Source: Lama glama
Lineage: Eukaryota
Length of the DNA stretch: 64,000 nucleotides
Assembly: GCA_028534125.1 (NCBI GenBank)
Contig: CM052818.1
Coordinates: 43,526,001 to 43,590,000, forward strand
Direction: 5' to 3'
Below the pieces are notes generated by a model. The model did not search any database and was not told the origin of the DNA. It saw only the letters and a list, made by a program, of their open reading frames with translations. The position numbers and the translations under genes were made by a program. The stretch's first letter is position 1. Every line of letters starts with the position of its first letter. Positions 14,043 through 26,000 of the stretch are shown here, piece after piece.

Positions 14043-14254
14043 CAGGGCTTCTCAATGTCAGCTCTGCTGATGTTTTATGAAGCATATTTCTTCATTGTGT
14101 TGTTTCGTGTATTGCAAGATGTTTTAGAAGCATCCCTGTCCTCTACCCACTAGATGACAGTATCACCCGCCACCAGGTGTCACAACCAAAAATGATTCCA
14201 GACATTGACAAATGTCCTGTGCACGGCAAAATCGCTCCCAGCTGGGAAACATGG
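14043..14254 (+). mobile_element. MER20 (hAT-Charlie) DNA transposon
   Basis: cagggcttctcaa...agcatccctgtcctctacccactagatg...caaccaaaaatgattccagacattgacaaatgtcc matches recalled MER20. The left flank ttctagtc fits the Charlie target preference. Confidence 0.9.
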
Positions 14255-14369
14255 ATTTCATGATCAGCACTTGGGTCCAGATCCATCTATTTTCAGCTAG
14301 GCCATGCACTGACAAAGTACATTCTTACCCCTTTAAACATGGAGCTAATGAGATTATGGTGTGTGTTTC

Positions 14370-14807
14370 TATAGTGGGTGCTATGATAAACCAGCCAGGT
14401 CCTCCTTCAGCCGTGAGGAGTTTCTTACTCTATGTACTGGAAATGCTGCAAGGAGGGAGTTTTCAGCTCTCAGCCCTGGTTGGAATTCTTCAGATGAAGA
14501 GAGTCATCTTGCCCAATGTCACTTTGCCCTGCTGAGACAGCATGTAGCCAACAGTTGATTTATGTAAGTTGTAAAGGCCTAATTCTTTCCTTAGATTCAG
14601 AACAGATCTGAGGGACCCTCTGGTTTCAGACCTCTCGTCAGTTGGATGAAGTGTTCATTGAGACTGAAGACTACTCTTTCTACCCAATCTTGTCCCCTTT
14701 CTTTATCTTCCACAGGTAGTGTTCCCCAAATAAATAATCCCCTAATAAATCTTCTGCATGATAATCCCCGTAACATGCCCTTCTTCCTAGTGAATCTGAC
14801 CAAAATA
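14370..14807 (+). mobile_element. LTR16-family ERVL LTR (5' LTR)
   Basis: Starts tatagtgggtgc (about tgtagcgg). Contains cttgcccaa, gtaaaggcc and cccctaataaatcttctgcatg, and ends gaatctgaccaaaata. Confidence 0.75.
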
Positions 14808-17444
14808 GGCTGGTATCTGAATTTGTGTAGGAAAGAAGATGCTAAGTTTGGGATTTTGAAGTTGAGTTACTCAAAAGGGAAAAGAGAACCCCATCACTGG
14901 GGGGCAGGTAGAGTGCAGGTCGCTCCTGGCACAAGGTGACAGAATAATTTTGAAAACTTTCATTGATGTTGAACTGAGGTGGTACACACTCAGGAAGATA
15001 GTTGAAGGGAGTTCACTGGGTGATGTGATATGTTAAATGTCTGAGAAATATTGGAGGCAGAGTAGTTATAAGGAGAGTGGAACTGTATAGCTTTGCTAAG
15101 CTTGATGTATGCTTTGGAAAAGATAACAAATATGACTGATTAATCTAAATTAAACTCGAAGCATGGGTAAAAGTGAGTATGTTGGTAGCATGGTGAAGAG
15201 GATTTCATTTGTTGCAACTAGAGAGCAAAGAATGCTGTGGTCTCAAACATAAGAGTAGCAGAGTGACAAAAAATTCTCAACCTTAGTAGGTCTGCTATGA
15301 CAACACTGGAACTCAAGTTGGGAACAACAGGGGGATCTGTCTCATGGGGTGAGAACATCTGGGTGAATGCACCTGAAACTATTGTACCCCTGTATCTCCT
15401 ACATCCTTGCCTCTGTGCCTGAGGAAGGGGCCAACACACTCCTGTTTATAGATAACCCCTGCTGCACCTCCTTTGCATCACAATGACGCAGAGACCTATT
15501 CCTTGCCTGACAAAATCTTCCATCCTCAGGATCTTTATCCACATCCTGTTCTGGCCTTTAGGTCAATAGCCAGAGGTTAAGTCACAGCATAAACCACCTG
15601 GTGACGTGCTGTGCGGGATGAGAGAGGAAAGCAACCACACCTCAAAAGACTAGAAGGGATTCGCCAACACTTAGCCAGCAATGGCTGGGAGAGAAAGCAG
15701 AAGACGAGCGTGCAGTAGTAGGCAGGGCTGGATAAAGCAAGTATTGCTCAATTTTGGAGTATTGTCTCAGGGTTCAGGCCCCCTACAATAAATGCAAACG
15801 CGGAGTTAGGATGTCTTACAGAATCACGGAAAAACAGATAACCCGTACTCAGGTGAAAATGCCAGACCTGTCATGATAGATTATGTACAACAGGATTGAA
15901 AGGCTTGAAGGAGTGAGATATAATGTGTAAACTGGAAAAAAAAAGACCCTAAATGACTGTCTTCTATTGGAGGGCACACAAGAGTGTGCTGGCGGTGTGG
16001 ACTCCAGTGTCACTTAGAAGTCGAGTAGTAGCTCTCCACTGTTGGTCACGACTTACTGTGAGACTCGTTATTCTCAGACTGGGCTTATTAATAGACGTGG
16101 TGATGACAGAACGCCGGAATAACAGGGACCAGGCAATGGCACAGCTAACTGTGAGGAGCCGGGTGGATACAGTTACTACAATTTAAGTCTAAGCTGGAGT
16201 AGTCGCCAAGGAGATCTGACTTGCTGAAAGTTATGAGATGGTTAATGGAATACAGCTTCCTTAGGCGTAAAGTTTATGGGCAGCCAAAAGGGTAATGCTC
16301 AGTCTGTACAACCAAATATGTCAAAGATGGGTGATTAGGAGGCTGTGAGCAACTACTTCAATTAAAAATGATTTTTTTTTTTTTTTGGTTTCTGAACTTG
16401 AGCCAAGTTTGAACACTGACTCCTTGACTCAAGACGAGGGTGAGTCCCAAGAAGTAGGGCCCTAAATTACCATGTAAATAAGGACACCTCCAGGTACCTC
16501 CCCCGAGGGATTTGAGGCATTTCCCTTAACTAACCACATACTTCAGAAAGGGGACTGCCCGAACATGTCAGGCACTGTTGTACGTGGGGTGCAAGGTAGT
16601 GATGATATCTGGAAATCTGAAGCATCATCAGGGGCACCCGTTAATAAATAGAGTCCAGTCACAAGTCAGCCCACAGTTGGACAGCTTGTCCTTGGATGCC
16701 TCCTGTACAGTGCTTATATCCCTACTTCCTTAGTGCATACTCAGAATAGACAGGTGGTCATTTCCACAAGCTCTACATTGATTTGTACACCTGTAGAATA
16801 AGAGTTAAACGTGTGGGAAAGGTCAGTAGGAGTCTCTGAAAGTGCACCTCACCCTGGCCAAAAAACATGCCACATGTAGTATATTGTCCAAAGGGCTAGT
16901 GGTCTCTGTTACATTTCTGTTTAATTCTGTAGACCCGCCCCTGGTTCTTTCAGGATGAGAGTGGAGTACTGAAAACTCAACCCAGTAGGAGCCCCTGTTG
17001 CACGCGCCTGCAGTGCAGTGATGGCTGATCATCGTGATGTGGTAGACCTGCTGTGAAACAGTGGTGACGGGAAGCAGTGTGTTGGGCACCCAGGTGATTC
17101 ACTTGGGTGTATGTTTGTATTCTCTGGCCCAGTGTTGATAGTTAATGGACAAGTACAGTAGTGATGGCCTAAGGAGGACAGGCTGCTCACTGGCTCAGAT
17201 TCCTCAAGCATGAGCATGTGAGTCATGGATGAGAGTCATGTCCCCGGTTTAGCAGAGGTGATAGCTGACGGGAAAAGTACAGAATAAGAGTAGAGGAGAA
17301 ACATGATAGTATCACTTGTGGCCTCAGAACCAGCTCAGGGCTGTAATTTGTTCCACTGTATTTGTCCTTCGTTTATTGTTCGTTTCACTCCTCCTCTGTT
17401 GCCTGGGAAAATATGTGTGGGTTTACATGATGCAAGGGCTGGAC
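14808..17444 (+). mobile_element. ERV3-16A3/ERVL-type internal region with degenerate gag, protease and integrase-end remnants
   Basis: Leader gaagatgctaagtttgggattttg; gag-like aacatctgggtgaatgcacctgaa (DIWVDAPE-like, about 15354); protease-like ctgttgtacgtggggtgc...atatctggaaatctgaag (LLDTG...IPGDPK-like, about 16575); gttaatggacaagtacag...ggctcagattcctcaagcatgag (VNGQ...GSDPSGM-like, about 17141); PPT-like tgcaagggctggac before the 3' LTR. Confidence 0.7.
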
Positions 17445-17859
17445 TTTAGTGGATGTTTTGATGTAACACCTAAATCTTCTTTCAGGAATGAAGGACATTC
17501 TCTGAGGTTTTTAAAATTCTTCCAGAAGATAGCTTTCAGTTGTTAGCATGTATCGGAGACAAGCATCATCTAGCCCAAGGTTAATCACTTCCTGGGCAGC
17601 CTCTGTCCAATGAGTAGGCAGGCTCAGTGCTCCCTCGAGCTCAGGACAACACTGAAAGGCCATTCCAGACTGAGAACTTCCCTCGGGGTCACGTTAAAAA
17701 AAAAATTGTTTTTCTGGTATAGATTGCATTCTAGCCCAACATCTCCGTATGCCTAATTCTGTTTCCCACAAGTGATATCCCAAAAGCACTCCTTAAGAAA
17801 CCGTTTGCATGCTGAGTTTTGTCTTTGGATGAGCTTCTCAGGGAATTTAATCAGCAATA
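17445..17859 (+). mobile_element. LTR16-family ERVL LTR (3' LTR)
   Basis: tttagtggatg...ctagcccaaggtt...tccaatgag...caggacaacactgaaaggccattccag...atcccaaaagcactcctt...cagggaatttaatcagcaata. Confidence 0.8.
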
Positions 17860-18164
17860 GATATCTCACTTCTAAGGCTCTCTGCTGTATGAACTCAGCA
17901 CAGAACTTTATGGTTTTTAGCTTTTTATTACTAGCAGCCCTTAGCATAGCACATTATATATGATGAATATATATTAAATGAATCTAGTTTGTTGAAATTT
18001 ACTTTCCATCTAAACAGAATAAAATAGGAACACTTCTGGAAGCTTGTGGTGAATCTAAGTCACATGTCTTTTCCACTATACTGCTGGCACTAACCCCTGC
18101 TCACGCAAACAGCTCACACTAGCTTATCATGCGTTATTCCTCAGGAGAGTATCACATTGCAGCG

Positions 18165-18540
18165 TTTGTTAACTTATTCAAGAAATTCCATGAACACTGA
18201 TGGCATGGAAATTGACACTACAGAGGACCACTAAGGTGTTGCCCTTATCCTAAGGAGTTTCATAAAGTAGCTTATGAAAACATAGTTAAATGACAGTACC
18301 TTGTAATGAGGGTTAATACGGGATCAGGAGCAAAATGTTAAAGGGAAAAAGGAAGAACAATTCTGTTTAAACAGTGCTTTGCTCTAAAGTTCTCGCAGAG
18401 AAGGGGATGGTTAGTCTGTATATAGTAGGATATATAATTGTTAGATAAACAAGGAGAGTAAAGACATCCCAGACACAAGGGAAGATAAACCCAAGAGACA
18501 TTCAAGAATACGGCATATTTAAAGGATGGTAAAGAACCGA
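18165..18540 (-). mobile_element. L2 LINE 3' relic
   Basis: ttgttaacttattcaagaaatt...gcccttatcctaaggagtttcata...acatcccagacacaaggga resembles the antisense L2 end. Confidence 0.45.
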
Positions 18541-18559
18541 CTAAAAGTGCATGCGTTTA

Positions 18560-18793
18560 GAAGGGTGGAGTAAGATTGGGAGTTTGAGATCCGCAGATAC
18601 TAACTAATATATATAAAATAGATAAACAACAAGTTTACACCGTATAGTACAGGGAACTATGCTCAATATCTTACAGTAACTTAACAGTGAAAAAGTATAT
18701 GAAAACAAATACATGCATGTTCATGCTGCACACCAGGAACTGACACAGTGTTGTAAACTGACTATACGTCTATATATATGCAAAGAAAAGAAG
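18560..18793 (+). mobile_element. Cetartiodactyl-type L1 3' end (5'-truncated)
   Basis: ttgggagtttgagatccgcagatactaactaatatatataaaatagataaacaacaag...acagggaactat...tgtaaactgactatac. Confidence 0.85.
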
Positions 18794-19129
18794 ACTGGAG
18801 TGGGATGTAATCACTTCCTGGGCAGAGGTGGCCTGTTCAAAGGAAAATTTTATTTAGTATGTATTTGTTGGAACTGGGAATTATATCATCAGATGTGGTT
18901 TTTTAAAATCATATATCTGGAGGATATATGAGGTTTTAAAAGTTTGATTTGTGAAGACTAATTAAGAGTCCACCAAAGTAGTTCAAGGAAAAGATGATAA
19001 TGCTAGCGTCTCTGAAGTGAGGAAAGCTTTGCAGCTGTGAGGAGTGTCTTGAAACCTGAGGACTCCCTGGAGCCTGGAAAATGGGTGGAGGGTTCGGGCA
19101 ATAAAGGAGCAGATTAATACATTGTATGT

Positions 19130-19405
19130 TAAGAAGAACAAATGGAACTAACATGGTAAAGTGGAGTCCTAATATCGCTGTACTTGCAATAAATGTAAGT
19201 TAATCTGACCTACTATACTCTGAAACTGGTGAGAAAAATAATATTCAACAATACGTTGGCTACCAAAGTTTCTCTTAAAAAATTAAACATTGTCAAGTGA
19301 AAGCTTGAAAAGACACATCCGAAGCAATAATGTTTTCTTAAGAAGTCATTTGGAGTATTATTAAGCTAAAGATGCACCAAATGTGGAAACAGCACCTACA
19401 ATATA
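19130..19405 (+). mobile_element. Old L1 (L1ME-like) ORF2 5' fragment
   Basis: atggtaaagtggagtcctaatatcgctgtacttgcaataaatgtaa resembles the ORF2 start region. Confidence 0.45.
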
Positions 19406-19407
19406 GC

Positions 19408-19530
19408 AAGGGGGGATGGGGGAGGGGAAGAGAAGGAAGAAGGGGAGAGAGGAATGAAGGTTGGGTGAGGAAGAGGAGAAGGAGGAAGTAAGGAGGAGGA
19501 GGAGTAACAGGAAACCAAGGGAGAAAATCT
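19408..19530. repeat. GA-rich low-complexity tract
   Basis: Almost pure purine run with G-tracts and (GGA)n. Confidence 0.85.
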
Positions 19531-21769
19531 GGGGTAAAAAATTCAAGTAAGCAAAAATTTAACCGGAGCAAAAGACAAAAGAGAGAGAATGAAGAGTCAG
19601 TGAGGTAGGCGTCAAAGCAGAAGAGTATAGCACAGTGGAATTATAAAGACAATTCGGGGAAGAAAAGAATAGGATACAACATTAGAAAGTGTCAAAAGAA
19701 TCAGCCTAGATTATAACTGAGAAATACTAATGTCCCCGAAGCAGTGAAAGTAAGCTTACACTGAAAGGGCCCAAGGAGCATGCGGAATCAAGGGAGACAT
19801 AACTCTCAGGAAATGGCCCTGAGTAGGACTAGGAGTCTTGAGTCCTGATCTGTTCGTCCACCCCCACCACAGTCCGGGGGGGCGGGGAATACCTAACGGT
19901 GCCCATGAAGCTTAAAACCTCTTTCCATGAAGTGAGGATAATCTCCAGGAGCACTAGCTTAGGACACATGGAGCCATCCCTGGGCTACAAGAGAAAAGAT
20001 TAGAAAAATAAAAACACTCTCAGTGATGCATTTTTGGCTCTTTCATGCCCACACCGTGGTTAATGTTGGCTCCCTATGAATCCAGTGTCAAAGACTCAGA
20101 AAAGAATAGATTCTTTAGAATAAAAGGACTAATCCACCCACCTCAACTCCCTTCCTATTTAACCTTCAAGACCTTCCTTTAGACCTTCTTAGCTTTCAAA
20201 GGGCCAGTCCAACCCCTCACATCTCGATGGCTTCATCTTACCACACAGGATGTACGGGATAAGATAGAGGTAAAATACAAAATGATGCTCTGAAAAATGA
20301 GACAACATGCCCTAGCATTTTGGTCCAATAAATGTTTTTTCGATTCTTACAGGAAACCAAGAGGTAATCTTTCAAGAAGGTTTTTCACTTTCGTAAAAAG
20401 TCATTGGAATCATTTTGGCCTTTAAAAGTTTATAAAAGGAACATAATGCTAATAAGCAACATACATGCTACTGGGAAAAGAAAGGTACAGAATTCAGTAT
20501 TCTAATAAGACTGTGTGTGCAGCTGGGAAGGAAAGGGGAGAAAAGGGTGGAATCTGAAATACAGTTAGAAGGGTTAAGATCTGAACAGCAAAATGATTTT
20601 TTAAAAATATGTCAGATAAAAATATAAGATAAAATATTTTCTAAAAATTGAAAACACAAGGAAAAACACAAAAAGGAAATGAAAAACAAAAAAAGAATAA
20701 GTAAGAATGAGAAATCATTTAAGAAAGAATTTGATGCCAGCTTACCTCTGTTTCTTCTGTTAAATACACAAAAATGATACGTGTTGCTTGTGGATGTATG
20801 TTCAATCCACAAGAACATAATAATTTCTCAGTTATTTCTCGCTGATGTAGTGCCTATTTGGATGTTATTTTTTTTTCCTTTTTATGTACCATCACAAAAT
20901 CCAACTGAGCAGATGTAGACACTAAGAGAAAATCCCATTCTTCAAATGAATGACATTTCCTGTGGGAACACAGAACTCCAAAGCAATGAGTGGGTAAATA
21001 AAATATATTAATGAGCTGGTTTACTCCTTTCTTATGGAAGCATAATTGAGTCCCAACACAATTAAGGGATTTATGCTTGCATCCATTTCAATCTCCAGCG
21101 TGGTTCAGCCACAATAAAATGCTGTAAAGAAGCTTCTGAGTGGAGATTAAAAGTTCCCTAGAGTCAGAGAGAACCATTTGGCTGCATCTTTAGAGATGGT
21201 TGATCACGAGCATGAATCTCCTCCAAGATATATATGTACATATTTGTATTCAATCTAACCATCTGAATTGGAGTTTACCCTCTCTAGGACTCGTGTACAG
21301 TGGCAACAGGAGGAAGCAGAGAGTTTGCCAATAACTCAAAGAATAAATTAAAATAGATACTGCTCATGTGTGTACCAGCTGATGCTTGTAAAGTTAAGAT
21401 ACGAGTGACCTGTTACACTTAGGCATTATGGAAGTGTAACTTGAATGTATAGCGATTAACTTGGAGAAGATTTATTATTCATAATTTTACAAAAAGTCGT
21501 GTAAGAAGTGGATGTGCACATGTTATATTTCCCCACGAAACATCAGGCATAGCTAATTCACCTAAGTCATCAAGATGATTTAGCCATGTAAAAAGGCAGG
21601 GCGAATAAACCTTTACATGATGACCCTTCAGGATGCAAATACTAAAAGATTGCTAAACTTTATTTACATGCATCTGTACATTTGTTTATTAAACCATTTT
21701 TGTTAGTTGCCTGTCATATTCTATTTATTGCATATGACCCAAGTGATTCTTTATCTTGTGGTGCTTTCT

Positions 21770-22130
21770 GGGAGTAATAGAAATCCAATTCAAACTGCAC
21801 TGATGATAAAAAAATTTCCTTATGCAGTAAGATCAATAGTAGAGATGACTTGACTTGTGGTATGCCAGGTCTTCTGCTCTGCTTCTTTTTGATTCTATCG
21901 ACGTTGCTCTTTCTGTGTATTGGCGTCATACTCAGAATGGTAGCAGTTTCAGGCATCATTATCCAGAAATGGCAGTGATCAGAGGGGATAAGACATCCTA
22001 CTGGAGAATTCTCCTTAAATGGCACCGACCAGCATTGAAGAGCAGCCAATTCTAAACTAATCTCCCTAAAAGGAAAAGGATAAAGTCAGTTTTCATCCAA
22101 CTGATCAGGATCTAATTCTGGAGCTGTGTA
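21770..22130 (-). mobile_element. Old MaLR/ERVL LTR (LTR33/MLT1J-like)
   Basis: The reverse strand reads gatgcctgaaactgctaccattctg...agcagagcagaagacctgg, typical of these LTRs. Confidence 0.5.
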
Positions 22131-22269
22131 CTTGGGCACTTTTGTTGGAGTCATATGAGAAAGGGTGGAGAGCTGAATAAAATGTTTCCGGATACATTGT
22201 GTAGACAACTGCAGGAAACAAGGGTGAATGTAATTCCTGCTAACAGGAAGATTATAGAGTTTCTTGTTA

Positions 22270-22620
22270 TCCCCACCTTCTTTTGTTCATCCTGCCATGG
22301 CGTGTAATGTTCCATTACTTCACATTCAAATTCCTCACTGTTTGATAATCCTTTCTCTACCTTCCCATCTATAAATGCAGTAGACCTCAATATGATGGTC
22401 TTCTCAACTTGAACTTGGCTACTTGCCAATATCCCCATTATCATTACATTCCTTCCACACCTTCCTTCACCCACATTCAGTCAAGTAATCAGTCATTAAA
22501 TTAAACCACTTATTACCCTGTACATCTCTGGAATCTACTTATTTACCTCCATTATCAAAAATTGTACACTTTGTGTTACCCAATTACACACTAAACACAC
22601 AATTTGTGTTGACTCCCTTT
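22270..22620 (+). mobile_element. L2 LINE relic
   Basis: ccttccttcacccacattcagtcaagtaatcagtc...acatctctggaatctactta...ctccatt. Confidence 0.5.
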
Positions 22621-23459
22621 GATCCCTTAAGTAAAAAGGAAAAACAGAGTAGCAGTACACAGAAGAAATAAAATTATGAAGGACATAAGGCTGCAAAGAA
22701 CCTAGAGAAACTGAGGAATTAAAATAAACACAAGGAATTAAAAGAAACATTCTAAATGTTCTATGAAAAATTGAAAGTTGGTACATTTAGGGGGCATAAA
22801 AATACACGCTTTTTGCATTTATATTTATAAGTTTGGGTACAAAATACATTGATAGTTTCCATATGTAAAATAAGTTAAAATATATAATGAAAGAAGAAAC
22901 ATATTTTACAATAAAATTTAAAAAATAATAAAGTGTTTAGGAATGAATGTAACTGTAAAGGGTTTAACAGGATCATTATAATGCAGCAGGTCACCCATAA
23001 GTGGTGGCTGTTCTTCCCTTCGGTTGCTGTTACTATTGTCCTCTGAACCTCAGTCTCTACCACAGCCTCATTCGCCATCCGTTTTGTCCATAGGCAGAGC
23101 TCTGCTGGCGACTTGAGTGGCCTGGTATTTTGTCTTTGTTTAGTGACCGCTCTGGCTTTGCCCTGACACCACGTAAGCAGGTTGGCCCCACTTAGCAGCC
23201 CAGCATGGTGCCGTTGGTAGCTCTGAGCAGTCTGATCTCCTGGGAAGAATCATAGGCTTCAGAGTTTTTTCAAATCTTGACTGTCACTTACTATCTGAGT
23301 CATCATTAAACAGACCTTTTCATTTCTGACCCTTGCTGAACCCATGTGCCTGGAAAACAGGCATTAAAATCTTACTTTACTCTTTGGTGTAGATTAAGTG
23401 TCATTATGTACTAGGACGTAAATATTCTGTAAATTGTCATTTGCTTAAAAACTGTATTT

Positions 23460-24072
23460 TTAAACTATTCTTGCAACAATATAGTCGCTGAAAATACTGA
23501 ATTAGTGAATATTAAGCAATTACTCCTAGGGGAAATATAAGGTTTGAGGTTTTCGTGAACCTCTGATCACATTTCATCAACTGATCGATACATACCTTGC
23601 TTTATGTGTTTTTCTGTTTAAAGATACCTAATTATAATGTTGATTTATTAACCTTGAACCTGTAGCCCACAACACTGTAACTCATGCCTGAATGAAGCAT
23701 ATGTAGCACATATATTTTCCCTACGAGGCACATCACAGCTTCCTTGTGCTTAGAAACATTAGACAGCATTCCAGCAATGTGCTTTGGGGCCATTTTAAAC
23801 AGCAAAATCACAACAAAACAGAAAAATGTGAAAAGGTTGGCAGCAAACAGATCACTTAAAGGACCCTCATTTATAGTGTGAGAGCTTGAACAGCAAGACA
23901 GATCCTCACCATGCCTGGCATCACCTGGGAAACCCAGGTTACTCAAATTTTTTGCCACTCTGCGTATTTCTATGAACAGAAAATGCCATGAATATCAACT
24001 TAGGGGTTATAAATTTTAGCTTGTAGGCTAGTTGGCAAATAGGAAATCTATAAATAATGAGAATGAATTCTA
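23460..24072 (-). mobile_element. MER82 (TcMar-Tigger) DNA transposon with a transposase N-terminal remnant
   Basis: The ORF at 23632-23958 ends MAPKHIAGMLSNVSKHKEAVMCLVGKIYVLHMLHSGMSYSVVGYRFKVNKSTL, a Tigger/CENP-B-type N-terminal HTH. The DNA matches recalled MER82. Confidence 0.85.
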
Positions 24073-24222
24073 ATTCTATTAGGGGTAGGGAAATTTCCCC
24101 CACAGGGAACTTTTACCAAGGACAGGACCTGTTGTTTTTTACCTTCTCTTGACTTCAGATTCCTGTTTAGAACCCAATATCCAATGTTCCTACCTTGTTT
24201 CTATTAAGTTTTATAATATGCA

Positions 24223-24729
24223 TAATATAGTCACAGTTCTCAAAAAAAAAAAAGCAGAACCAACAGGATGTGTGTATGTGTACGTAGTATATATTACATT
24301 CAGAGAGATTGATTTATTATAAGTAATTGTCTCACACAATGACAGAGACCGAGAAGTCCCAAGATCTGCACATGTTAAGCTAGAGACCTGGAGATCCAGG
24401 GGAGATGATGGTAAAATTCCGGTCCAAACACTTGAGACAGAAGAAGACCAGTGTTTCAGTGGAAGTCTGAAGGCAGTAAAAGACTGATGCCCCAATGTCC
24501 TAGCTCAATCAGTTAGGCAGGAGGAATTCCCTCCGTCTGTCTGGAGGGTCAGTGTTTCTGCTCTAGGCAGACCTTCAGCTAATTTAGAAGGGCAATCTCC
24601 TTTACTCTTTTTCCCAATTTGAATGTTAATTATCAAAAAAACACCTTCACAGACACACTCAGAATGTTTGATCAAATATCTGGGCACCCTGTGGCTCAGT
24701 CAAGTTGCTAAATAAAATTAATCATCATA
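24223..24729 (-). mobile_element. MLT2 (ERVL) solo LTR
   Basis: cagaaccaacagga...gagaagtcccaagatctgc...agggcaatct...cacagacacactcagaatgtttgatcaaatatctgggcaccc...gtcaagttg...aaaattaatcatcata. Confidence 0.9.
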
Positions 24730-25869
24730 GTTGGTGTATATTTTAGCTCTTTTTATATGCATATGGTGAAGGAATATGTATCACATATATGCATATTATA
24801 AAACTTGAAACATTCCCTGATTTTCTTTTCCCCCGTTGAAGCCCAGAACCCCATTTGGGTAATTCTTCTCTTTCTTGGTTTCTGTATCTTTGTTAGATAC
24901 AAGATACAGCACAATGGTTCACATTCATGATTTCCTGATTCCAAAAGGCCCTTCTCCTCCTCATGCAACTGAAGGGTCCAAAAGGCTGAAAGGAGCTACC
25001 CTCTTACTTATTAGCTTAAGAGATCAAGCGCCTTTAACTGAAATATTTTTGTTGTTTTTTTCTTTTTACATTTTTAAAAGCTATAAAATATATTTAGTTT
25101 CTATTTTAAATATATGGATAGAGTGAGAAATTTCATCTGTTTTAAATCATAAATGACTAACATTTGAATTCTGAAATAATACAGAGAAATATATCAACCA
25201 AGCCACGTACCATGAGAAAAATAATGGACTGAAAAATTTTAAATATAAGCTATATATCATTCAAAACTGGGAGTGGTGAAATGCTGGCAAGAGGTCAAGT
25301 GGTCAGAAAATGAACATTTCACAATTTGAGAAGTAATTCTTAAGAGTTACTGTGAAGAATGACATGATTTTCAGTGGGTCCCAGTTGCTTTTGTGTGAAT
25401 ATTAATAAGTTCCTAATTATGATTAAAAGACCAATTATATCTAGTCTCACCCATAGTTAGACTGTCATACAACCTCTGTCAATCATAAGGTAATTTTAAG
25501 CGTCCAGAATGTATTCATTATCTTTTTTTTTTTTGTGCCTCTGGGAATCCTCATATTCTGTTTTCTCTTTCTGATTTTCAGATTAGAAAAGTCTAACTTA
25601 ATCTAAATCTTTTCTAAAATGCAAATTTTCTCTAACCTGAATCACTGCTTTCTTCATTTTTGTGACATCCTTCAACACTAACCCAAATGCCACAGCAGTG
25701 AAGCCCCCACTGATTGACTTGAAAGGCTCTTAGATCCCATAGAACTTCATAGTTTCCTCCTTAACTGTGGAGCCTAAATGCTTTTTTTTCTTATTCATGT
25801 TGTTGCCTAAACAGAGTTCCCTTGAAATAAAGGACGTTCTATGAGACTTCCTAGATGTTTGTTTTTGTT

Positions 25870-26000
25870 GCTCTTCATTCCATTCATTCAACAGCTACTC
25901 ACTGAGAGAGTTCTAGGTGCAAGAATGATTTGAGGTGCAAAGAGTCAGAGTAGTGAACAAAGCCAACAAAACTCATCCCCCTTATGGATTTCACATTTAA
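25870..26000 (-). mobile_element. L2 3' end relic
   Basis: ttcattccattcattcaacagctactcactgag...gtgaacaaagcc...cccttatggatttcacattt. Confidence 0.6.

Noticed and set aside
21714..22055. Overlapping 111-aa and 66-aa ORFs, first considered as a processed pseudogene
   Set aside because: The DNA resembles an old LTR33/MLT1-type LTR, and I recognise no protein similarity.
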